From contig NC_043001.1 in assembly GCF_006345805.1 (NCBI RefSeq), positions 119,970,001-120,034,000 of the forward strand: 64,000 nt of DNA, in the 5' to 3' direction. The stretch is from Octopus sinensis (Eukaryota). A program made the translations under genes and the position numbers. A model generated the notes under the pieces. That model was given only the letters and a program-made list of their open reading frames with translations, did no database searches and was not told the origin of the DNA. Shown piece by piece: positions 1 to 14,122 of this stretch (within the stretch, counting starts at the first letter, position 1; each line of letters starts with the position of its first letter).

Positions 1-811
1 CTCGTTGTTGATAATTGTCCCTAGATGCCTAGATACAGACTATTTATACAAATAGCTGGTAAGACATGAGTCTGTTCTTCTGAGATGATGCCTTTGAGCT
101 GATGGAGAATTGATTGTTGCCACTCTTCAGTTTCCCCTCTTTAGAACTACCTACAGGTGACACACTGGGCCAGTCTATTACCTCCTCTTACGAAACACTG
201 CCGTTGCTCGAGTAGAATGCGCGGGGTCATTGTCGAGTATAAACAGGGTACCTTGGCCAAAGAATTCTTAGTGACTGCAGTATGTTTTCTTCCAGGATGT
301 TGCAGTATTTATCAGTCTCAATGATACCATCATCAATGATATGTAGACTGTCGACACTGAGGATATTGAACTGGACACAACCACATCTTCTCTACTGTGA
401 GTCATAAGTAGGTGTGGAGCAGCTCTTAGCATCTGTTTCTTCAAGTGTCCACCCCACCTTTGGCTCACCATCAAATCTAAATAGGCTAAATTTTGTCTCA
501 TTCAGTTAAAGCACCTTATTCTAGAATACCTTAGCTTTGACCATGTGAACATTGGCGAACTCCAAACGGGTGTCTTTCTGCTGCTTCTTCAGCAGTAGTT
601 TCCGTTGTGGTTGCTGGTTATGCAGACTTGAGGAGGAACGCAGAGTGCGCCGAATGGTTTGCGCTGATGTCATGTTGTTAGTAACGTCAAACACTTCCAC
701 AACAAGATTTGATGCGTTTTTTCAGCGACCTTTAATGACCTTTCTTGTGGTCTGATGTGGTAGTCGCTCAGTGATTTTCTTTGAACATCCAGTACGGGCA
801 GTCACAGGTTT
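1..811 (-). pseudogene. Degenerate Tc1-family transposase
   Basis: Minus-strand translation through stops: KPVTARTGCSKKITERL...TSAQTIRRTL...RLEFANVH...NETKFSLFRFDG, then YCNILEENILQS and DNDPAH...DWPSVSP. These match Tc1 HTH and DDE-region motifs. The 5' part is cut by a (CA)n tract and the element runs off the window edge. Confidence 0.75.
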
Positions 812-839
812 CACACACACACACACGCACACGCACGCG

Positions 840-878
<39 letters not shown>

Positions 879-1020
879 CACACACGAACACACACGAACA
901 CAGAGGCAAGTACAAGCACACACGCACACCACACACACACGCACACAGGCACACACGCACACAGGCACACACACGCACACAGGCGCACACACGCACATAT
1001 GCACACATACGCACACACAC
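812..1020. repeat. Imperfect (CA)n microsatellite
   Basis: Direct reading. Confidence 0.95.
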
Positions 1021-1677
1021 ACTATATATACCAGATTACCCATAGTCAAAAACAATATCATTAGTCGATTCTTCACAACCCTTACATGTTCTGCAGTGGG
1101 TTTTTATATTCCATTTCACTTTTTAGTAGCTTCTAGTAGGAAGGCTTTTAGTTTTGTGTTTCAAAAGTCCATTCTTATATTTGAGACTTGCACTTCTTGA
1201 CTACTGCCGGACATTTTCTTTATCTAAACCCCTTTCGCTTAACACTGTCTGCTATTGGCAAACATTTTAGAATTACATTTTGTAATCCCATTCACAATGT
1301 ATCCTTTAATTATTTATACTAATTTCTGTCATTAATTTTCCATTCCCCCCCCCTTCGCGGCAGCCTGTTACTTCGGCCTCTTTATTAGTTTTGTTGGTTT
1401 CTTCGTTGACAGAAAACCGTTTAATTTAAATTTTGTTATGTTTTACATCTATGTATATCAGCCACTCTTTACTGTTTCGTAGATAATCTGTTCTTCCTTA
1501 ATAAATATTTTATAAATGTGTTTGTGTAACATCAATAATTCAGTATCGTTTTTTGGGTGGTGGCTTCGAAACGCAGTCATTACTTTACTTCTATTTTGCT
1601 AATTCTTTTAGCGTCCAGTTAAGAATATTAAAAATATATTAATGACGTATGTGATCTGTTACCTTTATTTTTAGTAT

Positions 1678-4126
1678 TTAACCCTTGGTCTACCAGAGAA
1701 AATGCCTGTCACTAATTACCAACTGAGTCCAATGGACCCAATATTTTTCTTTTAATTAATCTTTATTCAAGCTACCACTATTTCTTGGCTACATTATATA
1801 TGCTATCAGGTGAATGAAGAATTACAGCTTATAGAATATATTATAAATTAAGAAAAATGACAAAAATACAGAATTACAGCTCTTCATGGCAATGAATGCA
1901 GACAACATTGGAATATTCTTGGCAAATATGGTTATTACAATTCTTACATGTAGTACGAGTTTTCCTGTCTTCTTTTTATGGACCACACAAAGAACATCTT
2001 CCTTTTTGCTTTGGCTGAGGAATCTCAAATGAAGCTGAAGATCGTCTTCTTTTCTTGTTTGGTTGAGAAATTTTAGCGGAACTAGAAGATTGTTTGTCAT
2101 GTTCTTGTTTAGCATTAACTCTAGCAAATTCCTTTCTTAACTGAATTAGGCACTGTCTTCTTTTATCCTTGAAACTCTGCAAGTGAAGCTGTTTAACAAC
2201 AATGAAAACATTCACTGCATTTACATCAATCATGTTGTAGAATATAACCATAGGCCATCTTCGAGTCATTCTTTTGCAAGCGTATACCCTTACCATCTTA
2301 TCTAGCGTATCTACCTTCTTTTCTTTTGTTGTAACATGCAATAACTCCAGGTTTCTTTTCAGCACTTTTTGAATCAATTGAAGGCTGAGAGTACATTGTA
2401 CTCATAAGTGTGACGACATAATTTTCCTTGGGACAATAAGATAGGATCATAGAATCCTTTTGAAATTCAAATATTGTGCTGTTGATTTCTCTTTCTTTTC
2501 CATTTGTAAAAGCACTTAGAAGTTCAACTCTGTTCTTTCTAATTGTTGCAGCTTTCGAGCTAATCCTAGACTTGTAAACAAATTATCACAAATTATATTG
2601 CAACCAGTATTTTCAAGTTCTTTTACTAGGTCTTCAACAAACTCTGAACCTTGATTTGTTTCTCCCCTCTTTTACTGGGTCTTTTTCAGTGTAAATTTGC
2701 ATTTTCCAGGCATAAGATGTTTCACTATCACATATTGCTCAAATTTTAATTCCATATTTCCCTGGTTTGGAAGGAATAAATATCTGGAATGGGCAGCGCC
2801 CTCTGAATGAAACTTATTGTTCATCAACTGTCATGCATGAACTTGGAACATATCCATCTTGCAAATTCTGATTCGACATTTCAAATATTTCCTTTATGGG
2901 CTCCACTTTATCACCACTTCTCTTTTTTCTTCTTGCACTAGCATCATCAAGGCACAATACTTGTAAAATCTGTTGAAATCTTCCCCGGATCATAATTTTG
3001 TTGAATATTGGGCGGCCATCTTCTTAACTCCACAACAGTGTGACATTTTCATGTTTAGATTTATAAACACCTATAAGAATAGTCAGTCCAATAAATTTCT
3101 TTAGTTCAGAGTGATCAATTTCCTTTCATTTATCTCTGTAAACAACCTGGCCTTCAACATTTGTCCATTTACGAATTATTTCAAGAAGATTGTGGCGCAT
3201 AAAGATAGTAAAACATGTTTCAATGTTATCGCAATACCTTTTATCAAAAGGGAATGGTCCACATTCTTGGCACACAATACTGCAAGATGAAGTTCTTACT
3301 GCTGCTTGAGTAAGATGATTAAAATGTCATACTTCTTGTTTGTATCTAGAAGCATATCGCTCATTCATAACTGGGTGGCTTGCAGATAATTGTTTTTGAG
3401 TATCTTCATCATCTGATGGCGTAGAACCTAAACTGTCCAGCACACAATCACTTTCACCATCATCTTCAGAGCAATAGAAGGAATCACTACTATTTTCTTC
3501 CCATTCTTCCTCTAATTCCAATAAGCTTTTCGATATTTGATCTTCACTCAGATTTTTGTGTTTAGGGATATTGGAAAGCACAACTGAACAATATGGAACT
3601 TGATAGCAGACTAAAGGCAGATATTGATCTCTCACATATCTATACTCTCCTGAAAGATGATGCACTATATTGTAAGAATTGTGTCATCACATAGAAATAT
3701 TGCATCACCCTATAACCTAGCAGATTGAAGGTGATGCAATACCACACAAATTTACAAGAATATTTTCATAATTTTTCCTATTTTATCTAAAATTCAGCAA
3801 GTAAATTGAATATAATTTTATCTATTTTATATCCGATAATTATTTAGGAAAATAATATTTTATATTGCTTTTATTGTTTAGAATGGCAAGAGTATTGTCT
3901 GAATTTATTTCGAGGGTCCAATGGACCCATACGGTAGTTAATGTATAAAGTGAAATTTTGTAGCTTTTATAAACATACGGAAAATTTTCCATTTGACAAA
4001 TAAAAGAGAATAAAAAAAAATACGAGTCACGAGAAATCAGCAGAGTCAAATAATATAAACAGTAGGTAAAAGCAACTGAAAAAACTGAAATGGGTCTATT
4101 GGTCCCATTGGGAGACAGAAGGTTAA
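1678..4126 (-). mobile_element. piggyBac DNA transposon, full span, decayed
   Basis: TTAA at 1678-1681 and 4123-4126. Imperfect TIRs (CCCTTGGTCTACCA vs reverse-complement CCTTCTGTCTCCCA). Subterminal GGGTCCAATGGACCC-type palindromes at 1725, 3914 and 4092. Encloses a piggyBac transposase pseudogene. Confidence 0.85.
1870..3665 (-). pseudogene. piggyBac transposase (PGBD-like), with stops and frameshifts
   Basis: Acidic N-terminus, then TVDEQ, RGRCPF..FIPSKPGKYGIK, CDNLFTS, VDTLDKMVRVYACKRMTRRWPMVIFYNMIDV, and a Cys-rich C-terminus (RCSLC...CKNC...C..C). Confidence 0.9.
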
Positions 4127-4655
4127 CTAGTTAGTAGTGCATCCTTCAAATTCATTCCTAAACTCTTATATTTCATTTTTTGTATTATGCTCTATATAGT
4201 TCATTATTTTCTAAGTATTTGTCAGTCAGTTTTTGCTATAATTCTCTTTCATTCTACAAGTTTGCCTAGGCACATTTTTGTAAACCAAATTTGATGTAAA
4301 TTTCTTTATAAATCCGTGCAGTTTGTAATAATGATTCTATTTGTAAACATCTTCAGCGTACAAATTAGGAGTCGACCCTATACAAACGATGGCTGATTGT
4401 ACGCCTATAGCATTTATATTCGAATCCAATCTGCTTTAGCATGTTTGTTGACGTCAGGCAGAAAGGTATGAATTGAGAAATAAAGAGGGTATCAGAAACA
4501 TTGAAAATATTTCTTTGATAGGAATCAGCATCTTCTTTTTCATATTTCTCTCCCTCTCTCTCTCCCCCTTCTCTCCTCTCTCTCTTTGAATTTGTGGAAT
4601 TGCTTGACATTCATTCAGAGTATGCTTCTGTACTTGCTTGTTATCAGTGCTGTTA

Positions 4656-4868
4656 GACGGCGAGCTGACAGAAACGTTAGCACGCTGGGCGAAATGCTTA
4701 GCGGTATTTCGTCTGTTTACGTTCTGAGTTCAAATTCCGCCGAGGTCGACTTTCCATTTTATCCTTTCTGGGTCGATAAATTAAGCACCAGTTACGTACT
4801 GGGATCGATCTAATCGACTGGCCCCTCGGTCAAAATTTCGGGCCTAGTGCCTTGAGTAGAAAAAAAAA
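4656..4868 (+). mobile_element. tRNA-derived SINE, family 'A'
   Basis: GGCGAGCTG..AGAA.CGTTAGCACG head, B-box-like GAGTTCAAATTCC, core GAGGTCGACTTT..CCTTTC.GGGTCGATAAA. Recurs many times in the window. Confidence 0.85.
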
Positions 4869-6241
4869 GTGCTGTCTTATGCAAATGCTTCCACAATTCA
4901 CATGTAAGAAATATTGTCAAAAGACATCAGTATTCAATATTCGCAAGGCTGATTTTTTAAACCTTCTTTTGCAGTCTGATGACAGTTTTTTAAAACAGAA
5001 ATTGATCCTTCCGACCATACGAGATTTTCAGAATATTCTGTCCTGGTAGCGAGTTGATGCGTACCATGTGGTCTTTTGTATGGTGTAGAAGGGCAGGGTA
5101 TGCGTCTGTGGGTTTTGTGGTTTGTTATATTCGTAGTATTGGAGATTAAGATGGTTTTATCCGCTGTGAATAATTCATATTTTATTTCAGGATCTTTCAA
5201 TGAAGCATTAAATATTTTAGTTAAAGTCTGTTTTGACCCAAGCCCATTAAATCAGAGATTAACCGGTTTTGTGATGTTTAAGTAGCTAAGAGTTGAAGAA
5301 TCTCCTCTAAACGGGACGTCAATCCGTCACAGGAATAAACCCCAGAATACTATTGGTATTCATTTTCAGCTGAGTTGGCTGAAGTGATATGAAATGAAGT
5401 CTTTTGCTCAAGAAGACAATTCTGCATTTGTTTCGAAAATCGAACATACGACCTAATGATCGAGAATTCAATACCCTTAAGACCCCAATTCTTTTGTTTT
5501 CATAAGCACTTTGTATGTCTGTTAAATATTTTAACCAGAAATTTACTATTTATTTAGTTGGTTGTGTTTCCTAGTTGTTCAATGCCTGAGGTATATATTC
5601 TGCTGTTATTTGATTGTTACGATTGTTGAGGTGCTGCACACTTATTCTTAGTAATATCATCCTTAACAATCCCTTCATTTTCGAAACCTCTCTTCTTCGA
5701 GTTCAAATCTCGCCCTGGCGTATTTGAAAGATGTAATTCATGGCCCGGTTTAATACCTCCAGATGGTCATTATGTGCATTTCACAATGCCTACACTATTG
5801 TAAAATTCGTGCTAGGTCTTCGGTTCAAGGAAAGCTTTCTCTTTTCCTCTCTCCGTCCAGTCAGTCTCGGAAATCCCTGAACATGGTCATGCATCAAGCG
5901 ATAACTAACATTAAGTTTGTCAGCTCCTACTTAACTATGTGTTTTCATGCAGCTAGCGTCACTGGTTATTTTAATTTTAAACTAGATCACATTGGTTTCC
6001 TTTCCATTTTATATAGATCAAGGAAAAACTATGATAATGTAATATAGAATTCTATGTCCTTCTTCAATAAACCTCAGTCGATCTTTTTAAACTTATATAT
6101 ATATGTATACGTGTGTCTGTGTGTTTGTGTGTGTTGTGTCTGTGTGCGCGAGAGCGTTGTGTGTGTGTGTGTGTGTAGTAAAAAATGAAAACAGAGGGAA
6201 AATGCTCAGAATGTATATATTTTTTGAAATAAAATATTAAC

Positions 6242-6274
6242 AGTCTACCGGTTTCGCTTTTGCTAATCACGACT
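6242..6274 (-). ncRNA. Decayed minimal type I hammerhead motif
   Basis: Minus strand reads AGUC-GUGAUUA-GC AAAA GC-GAAA-CCG-GUA-GACU. Stem I is 4 bp and helix III is the palindrome ACCGGU, but the core has two changes from CUGAUGA. Confidence 0.5.
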
Positions 6275-6294
6275 AAGGGATTAATGATATATAT

Positions 6295-6671
6295 TCTTTT
6301 ATTGTTTCATGACTGTGGCCATGCTGGAGCACCACCTTTAGTCAAACACATCGACCCCAGGATTTATTCTTTGTAAGCCTTGTACTTATTCTTTCGATCC
6401 CTTTTGCCGAACTGCTAAGTTTTGGCGGACGAAAACACACCAACATCGGTTGTCAAGCGATGGTGGGGCGACAAACACAGACACATGCACGAAAACACAC
6501 ACATATATATACGATGGGCTTTCAATTTCCATCTACCAAATCCACTCACAAGGCTTTGGTCGCCCCGAGGCTATAGTAGAAGACGCTTACCCAAAGTGCC
6601 ACGCAGTAGAACTGAACCCGGAAGCATGTGGTTAGGAAGCAAGCTTCTAGCCACACAGCCACGCTGCGCCT
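6295..6671 (-). mobile_element. tRNA-derived SINE, family 'B'
   Basis: Reverse complement of the 22221-22661 element (head GGCGCAG..GTGGCTGTGTGG, tail GCTCCAGCATGGCC.CAGTC..TGAAACAA). Confidence 0.85.
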
Positions 6672-6732
6672 ATGTTGAAATTAGTGATACATACATACAT
6701 GCATACTTACATACATACATACGTACATACAT

Positions 6733-6764
<32 letters not shown>

Positions 6765-6941
6765 CACACATATATATATATTCCATGTATTCCATTCTTG
6801 ATCACAACTGCCCGACGAACGGGAACGTGAAACTCTGAGTAGCTGAATTTTGTGATATTTTTGTGATTTTTGCAGCTTAAATAATAAAGTATATTGTGTG
6901 CGTGTGTGTGTGTATTAGTGTGTGTGTGAGTATATATATAT

Positions 6942-7015
<74 letters not shown>

Positions 7016-7184
7016 TATATATAATATATATATATATACATACACACACAACACACACACACACACACACCACACACATATATATATGTATCAATGATTA
7101 AGGGTAAAATCAATTAATTATTAATTAATTTCACCAAGTAGTGTTCAGTATGTAAAAGGACCATTGAAGGCGTATTCAATATAT

Positions 7185-7682
7185 TACGTTATATAAATAG
7201 GGCTCAATAAAATAATTTACTTTGCCACATACTGAAATTTTTAGAAATAGCAGCCAAAAAGTTTTTTTAGCCATTTCCACTACTTTAAGAAGAGTCTCCC
7301 AGGTAGTGTTTACTCAAAAATAATTCAAGTAGATATGGAGGGAAAATACAAGATATCACATGTACAAAGATTATTTGAGAACGCTCACGTTTCTAGATTA
7401 GTCGAATTAAACTCGACTCAGTTTTTTAGTGCTTTCAAATCCAAATTAAGAAATGTTGAGCTGACGAAAGAAATGTCGAGTTTAATTCGACTAATCTAGA
7501 AACGTGAGCGTTCTCAAATAATCTTTGTACATGTGATATTTTGTATTTTCCCTCCGAGTATACACTATCTGGGAGACTCTTCTTAAAGTAGTGGAAATGG
7601 CTAAAAAACTTTTTGGCTGCTATTTCTAAAAATTTCAGTATGTGGCAAAGTAAATTATTTTACTGAGCCCTAATTATATAAC

Positions 7683-7685
<3 letters not shown>
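7185..7685. mobile_element. Fold-back MITE with >200-bp inverted arms, TA at both ends
   Basis: 7185-7417 is the reverse complement of 7475-7685, apart from a ~22-nt insertion in the left arm and a few mismatches. Confidence 0.85.
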
Positions 7686-7736
<51 letters not shown>

Positions 7737-8775
7737 ATGTATAGTTCTGTTTAGTCAATAAACACACTAATATGTAGAACTTGTTCTATGAAGGTTAAGT
7801 GCTTGCCCAAAAAGACAACGCATCACCAATAATATGATACGAACCATCGATTACTGTTTTAGCTGTTCAATATCCAGTCGACGAGACCATCTACGATCTT
7901 TACTTCATATCATAAATCTGTTAAAAAACCTACAAATGATGTGACAGAGTCGTTAGAGAGTGAGACTAACTATCTAATGGTATTTGTTCGGCTGTCTGCT
8001 CTCTGAGTTCAAAACCCGCTGAGGTGAACCCTTTCTTTTGGGACCGATGAAAGAAATTACCTGCCAAGCTCAGCAGACAAACAAATTTGCTGGAGCAGTA
8101 TTTATTCAGGCTGGTTGTGTTCCGAGTTCTTGGATGGTAGACTTAATTCGTATCCCGGTTTACCCACCGCTATCTAATACTTAGGTATCTTTTCTAGAGT
8201 TCACCCTGTTGTAAGTCTCCGGTTCGTAGGATATTTTCCTCCTATCCATTTTCTAGTCAAGGAAAAGACAAAAAATTGAATATCATGAGAATTTCTCATC
8301 CTTCCTTGACTAAGCAGTAAAACTTTCCCACAAAACTATGACAGTAAGAAATTTATTAGCTTATCCTTTCCTTCATCAGTTGTAGCCACAAAACGCTTTT
8401 ATTGATTTTCTTCTTGCTAACAGAAATGCCACATACATCAATTAGAGGGGAAGCGTAAACAGTGTGAATGCTTTTGTTCTTTCTTGTTTTCACCAGCCAT
8501 ATTGTTCGTTTTCTTTCTTTAACATTTTAGCAGGCGCTGGTCATATAATATCGAGTAAATCGTTAATTGATAGCTTATCTGAGTAAGTAAACTGAATGAA
8601 AATGGCAGATTCTTCAGTTTCCAAGTATACATCACCACAACATTTTATTACTGCTTCAAAACATTAGTATTTATATCTGAACGTATGTATGAACACACAC
8701 ACACACGCACAGACATACACTCATATACTCATACATACATACATACATACATACATACATACATACATACATACA

Positions 8776-8879
<104 letters not shown>

Positions 8880-9189
8880 CACACACATATAGCTTTTCTG
8901 GAATGACCAGCACAGGAAGTATGAGTGACACAATGAAGGCAAGGTTACTGATAGAAATTTTCGATAACGCACGTTGTATATTTGCAGTTAATATATAACT
9001 ATAAGACATTTATTAGCACTAATTTACGATGCAAACACTACACATACACACATACACTCTCATTCATATACATACATAAAGAAATACGCTAACACGTACA
9101 CACTGAAATACACACATATAATCAAATTGTAATCTCACTTAATCATCTCCGTTTTGTCATGGGTTTGATATGTCTGTCATAGATTTCAT

Positions 9190-9790
9190 AGCTACTCATC
9201 TCTTCGTTATCTTCTCGCCTATAAAGCGAAATTTGTTCTATCTCATCACTTTTCATTAACTTCCCGGTACTCTCCTGCCATAACTCTCACTCCATAGTCA
9301 CATTCCCCTCCATTAATATATTTGCATCCCCTATTCTTAACAACGCAGCCCGTTCTGCCGCAAACCGTTAAACAGTTGAATCTAATGTCCAGCCACTCAC
9401 CTAGCTTAGCATTTTTAGCTTCTGCAAATTTTCCACATTCAACGCATAATCGCATGTTAGCTTTTCATGAACGCCCGATCTACTAAATACTACTGCGAGA
9501 GACACTATTTCGTTGTTTACACTTAATCTCAAAAATAAGACTCTAGGTTTCAAAATTCTGCTGTTGCTCTTCGGTAATGAGCACCATGTGATCTGTTTCC
9601 AAAAATAATTGCCTCGTACTTTCATCTCAACAAATGTTATGCATAGAACAGAGTTAAGGACAGAACCTTGGTGTACACCTTCACGTGTAAACTAACTTCT
9701 TCATTGAATTTGCTGCCAATTCTTGCATTGCTGATAATATCCACACTACGGGGATGAAATCCTGTTGAAGACATCCAGGCCGTTTATTAG
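9190..9790 (-). pseudogene. Highly degenerate RTE-like LINE RT fragment
   Basis: Minus strand gives GVHQGSVLNSVL (cf. GxHQGSxLSPxL) followed by a decayed xADD region and a thumb-like segment. Many stops. Confidence 0.5.
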
Positions 9791-10030
9791 CAAATGCAGA
9801 GCAAATGCAGAGTAAAGAACTTATCTAGTAGTTGTCTAACAAATGTTTTGAATGCTTTCAATCTCCGCTGATACGAATTGAATTCAGAATAGACCCAGAG
9901 GTAGCAAAATACGATAAGACTTTCTTTCTGGTATTCTTCCTGCCAAATCTAAGCTTTAATCATAACAAATTTACATAATACATTATTATTTGTTGCTATA
10001 TTTCGTTTTATCATTTCATATTTGATCAAA

Positions 10031-10230
10031 GGCGGTGAGCTGGTAGGATCGTTAGCACGCCGGACAAAGTGCTGAGTGGCAATTCTTCTGGCTTTACGTT
10101 CAGTGTTCAAATTTCGCCGAGGTTCAGTTTGTCGTTCATCCATTCGGGGCCGACAAAATAAGAATCCGTTGAGTGCTGAGGTTGATGACATTAACCGTCT
10201 CCTTCCCTCAGACTTAAAGCATTGTGTCTC
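10031..10230 (+). mobile_element. SINE family A copy
   Basis: Similar to 4656-4868. Confidence 0.8.
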
Positions 10231-10844
10231 ATTTTTGTGCTAAATTATCTTTATCTGACTCCATTATCAGAAGTTATCTATATCCCAAACTTACACAAAA
10301 ATTATCTTTTGAGTTGGAGGTTAACTTAGGGTTCAAGACGTTAATTTGTTAACCTAAACCGTTTGCCATGTATACGATGTCTGTTTACAGTATGGTGTTT
10401 TTGTTGTTTAGCCGCTGATCTGCGTAGATCTACATTTACAAGCATTCCACACATGAACAGTTAGATTCTTTCCTGACATAGTGTACCTTTGATTATTTTG
10501 TTCAATGAGTCATTTCTTAAATAGACCAGGATGTAATTTTAGAGAGATGTAGTTGTTATTTCTAGCTAGTTGAGTGACTGCTTAGGAGCTCCCTCGTTAC
10601 TTTGTGTCAATAGTAGGCTTTATCTATGGAAATATCTGTACCAATACCGCGAGTTTACGAAAAGGTCATAATTATATAATACATCAACTGTTTGTACACT
10701 TAACATGTAATCTATTGCAGCCGGGCTGCACTGTACTAATGGAGGCAAGTGAAGTGACTTAGGCTCACACGCACACATACAGACGCACTCAGATACACTC
10801 GCACTCACACATGTATACGTGCACACCTGACCCAATAAGATGAA

Positions 10845-10990
10845 GCTCACGAGAGAGCCTCTACGTGGCAGTTCGATCTTCCAGAAATAGTAACTAAATC
10901 TTGAATCACACCATATTTGCATAAGATAAGAAAAAACTTGATGGTAATAGGTTTGATCAACCAGGACTGACCTGAGGCCAAACAACAACA
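10845..10990 (-). repeat. Dispersed repeat family 'D' (SINE-like)
   Basis: Shares GATTT.G.TGCTATTTCTAGCA and TTTAGCCCCAGGTCA-like motifs with ~10400-10600, 20040-20245 and 39640-39830. Confidence 0.55.
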
Positions 10991-12791
10991 ATAACAAAAC
11001 AACAACAACGCAACAACCAAATGCGAACAGTAAAACAATTCGTTAAGTAAAAGAGAAGTTAGATAAACTATTACCATTGTTTAGTAATTGTTGCCGCCAT
11101 ATCTATCGTCATCTTTCTTTAAATAAAATATCTACTTAACCATGGATGCTTACTCAGGATGAGTTCAACATGAGTTCATCTGTTTATCTTAATTAGTTAC
11201 AAGGAACTGGAGTGGAATGATTGAGGTGAGTGAAGGACCTTAGCCTGAGATTGTGTACAGCAACAATTTCCTGTGCTGCACGAAACAATAAAATGGATGG
11301 TATGAAATCATGAAGTACTGGACTCTATTGTTCAGAATCTAAATAATACTGGTGCTGAATTTACCTTTTAATCACTCCAATATCGATAAAAAGTATCTAT
11401 CAAACTAAGGTTTGATTCAGTCAATAACAACCAATTGCAAAAGAAAAAAGTAACAGAAAAAATAACGACTTCATATTTTTGTAAATAGACGATTCCAAAT
11501 TTTATTGAATAGGATTTACTTTTGTCAATAGTTTCCAACCGAGATGTCACCGCATTCTAAACAATACTTAAGGATGTCGTGGAATTTGAATTAAATAATA
11601 CAATATAATGCCAGGAAATAACAATAAACCTTAGGCATAGAGAAAGATAAGGTGACGAGTTTAGAGAAACATTGGAAACCTTGGTGAAGTGAACTTGGAT
11701 ATTTTGTCATTGTATGCAAGGCAAGACAGCCGAGAGGTTACAAACTATTGAACGTCTCAGTCGGCAGGTGGATAACTATAACGTATCGTCCATTTAAGAT
11801 ACTCATCTTAATTTTTACCGACCATGATGTTAATCTAATATCACATGAACTTCACCAAATACGATCTTCATACAACTTTTTCTTCTCTCAGTTAATTATA
11901 AATATTCAAATTACAAAATTACAGCAGTAAACTCTATTGAAAGTCTTCTTTCCAGGTGTTTTATAGAAAAGGTTAGCGATACATTCACATTTGCTATCAA
12001 TAAAAATATCAATTTGAATTTTGATACGCCATTTTTCGATTCAACATTATATCAACTTCATCTTTGATATCAAACTAAGTATAAAATTACACATACTCAT
12101 AAGTGAATTTTCTGACAAACAAACCGGTGGATGTACGCACACAAATCAATCTTCTTTATTTGAAAAATGCTTCATTATTTGAAGAAATACTATCTTCCCA
12201 TAATTCCTTTGACACTACAAATGATTGTGCAGGGAAGACTGATTTATTTTCCATATCTGAAGAAATATGCGACTGTTTTTCCTTAAATATTTCCTACCTT
12301 CACGCTTCGAAGATCCTGTACGAGATAATTACCTTACAAAATAAAAATAAATAAAAAATACACGCATTCTAACAACACATGTGTTGTAAATTAAAATGCA
12401 GAATGCTTTTTTCTGTTAGTTTCTACAATCTCACATTCTTAGGTCAAACATTCCACTCTACTTAAATTCACAATAGTACAGCTGAGTTCCGCAATCGCAT
12501 CTATCCTCGGATATCATTTCAGAGAAACGCATTAATTTCTACTGATTCTCGAACAAACTTCACTCCGCTATGACATGTAATACTTGTCCAAAGGATTCGA
12601 TACTTTAAACAATTCAACAGTATTAGTCAGTGAATCTCCAGTCATCTGCACACTATCAATTTACCTTTGGAAGTCAGACAGGTCGCACATTCTAGCTTAT
12701 TTAAATAAATCTGAAAAAATATCCAACAACAAAAGAAAAAAATCAAAACAAAGACAGAGGGCTATGTCACGACATACATATGTATGAATAG

Positions 12792-13170
12792 GGAGACGCA
12801 ATGGTCCAGTGGTTAGGGCAGAAGACTCGCGGTTATAGGATCCAGGTTTCGATTCCCAGACCGGGCATTGTGAGTGTTTATTGAACGAAAACACCTAAAG
12901 CTCCAGAGGCTCCGGCAGGGACGGGGTGGCGAACCCTGCTGTACTTTTTCACCAGATCTTTCTCTCACTCTTTCTTCCTGTTTCTGTTGTATTTGTATTT
13001 CAAAGAGCCAGCCTTTTCACACTCTGTGTCAAGCTGAATCTCCCTGAGAACAGTGTCAAGGGTACATGTGTCTGTGAAGTGCTCTGCCACTTGCTCGTTA
13101 ATTTCACGTGCAAGCTGTTCCGTTAATCGGATCAACTGGTACCCTCATCGACGTAACCGACGGAGTGCCA
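12792..13170 (+). mobile_element. tRNA-derived SINE, family 'C'
   Basis: A box TGGTCCAGTGGTTAG, B box GGTTTCGATTCCC, body GTGAGTGTTTATTGA.CGAAAACACCTAAAGCTCC shared with three other copies. Confidence 0.85.
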
Positions 13171-13964
13171 CGATGTAGGAATACATAATATACAAACCAG
13201 AACAGTTTCGAATTGGTCATAATGCCAATAGAAAAAGGAGTTAAATAAAAAGTGGTGTTTCTATTATTTTGCCCAACAAATGTGTGTGTGTGTGTTTAAC
13301 ATAAATGACAATTGAAAACTAATAGGGCATGACAGCACACGAGTAAAAACAGGCATTTAAAATAAAAGTCAACATCACGTAACGTATGAAAAATAAAACC
13401 GGATTAAGCTTTAAGATTAAAACGGTAATTTAATATAATTTGTTTTCAACACTCCCATAAGGCATAAATTTCTGTCAGCTGTAATACTTGTCATGTGACA
13501 TTAATCATGAGCCGGCGTACTTGTGAACTGATGACGTCTTTAGTTACACCTTTATTACTGTCAATTAGCTTTTAGCACATACTTTCTTTTCATGTTTTCT
13601 TTTCTATTAGGTACTGCTATTGGTAATGAACAATGGGCGATAATTAAGTTTTGTCTCGGCTGATTGTCGATTACGTCATTACAAATAATGTGTAATCATT
13701 TTGAAAGTTAGCAACATTTGCAGTCGTATTGCCCATTTAGATAATTATTTTAAATCAATGCTGCCATAGTTGGTACTAATGATAAAATGATTGTCAGAAA
13801 TGACTCTTTCTTCCATTAAAATTGATAATTATTTTTTTCGTAGTAGTAAACGAAAATTATGGTTTATTTGCAGATAGATTTCGTTTATATGAAGATTATC
13901 TCGGACTGATTTACCAGTTGATCCTACTATTTACAGGTGAAATTTTTTTTAAAATGTGTGCATA

Positions 13965-14122
13965 CAGGCACAGGTGTGACTGTGTGGTAAGAAGCTTGCT
14001 TTCTAACTACATGGTTCCGGGTTCAGTCCCACTGCGTGGTACTTTAGGCAACTGCCTACTACTATACTTCACGCATACCAAAGCCGTGTGAGAGGATTTG
14101 GTTGATGGAAACTGAAATAAAC
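13965..14122 (+). mobile_element. SINE family B, 5' half
   Basis: Matches the head of 22221-22380. Confidence 0.75.

Noticed and set aside
722-1200. His/Thr- and Cys/Val-rich ORFs here, and similar poly-IY, LSIY, ER, poly-H/T and poly-I/N ORFs across the window
   Set aside because: These are translations of stop-free microsatellites.
1030-1260. KTHCRTCKGC on the minus strand as a transposase Cys-rich tail
   Set aside because: Too short, surrounded by stops, and no supporting motifs.
1555-1585. GAAACGCAGTC hammerhead half-motif
   Set aside because: No upstream CUGANGA.
4976-5010. CTGATGA...GAAA hammerhead candidate
   Set aside because: Stem II does not close and stems I and III do not pair.
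5076-5285. ORF with a signal-peptide-like start
   Set aside because: Short, its 3' part overlaps a decayed repeat, and there is no supporting exon structure.
10845-10975. Apparent minus-strand exon with acceptor and donor
   Set aside because: It is a copy of dispersed repeat family D.
12792-12866. tRNA gene calls for the SINE heads
   Set aside because: A and B boxes are present but there is no clean cloverleaf, and each head continues into a shared SINE body.
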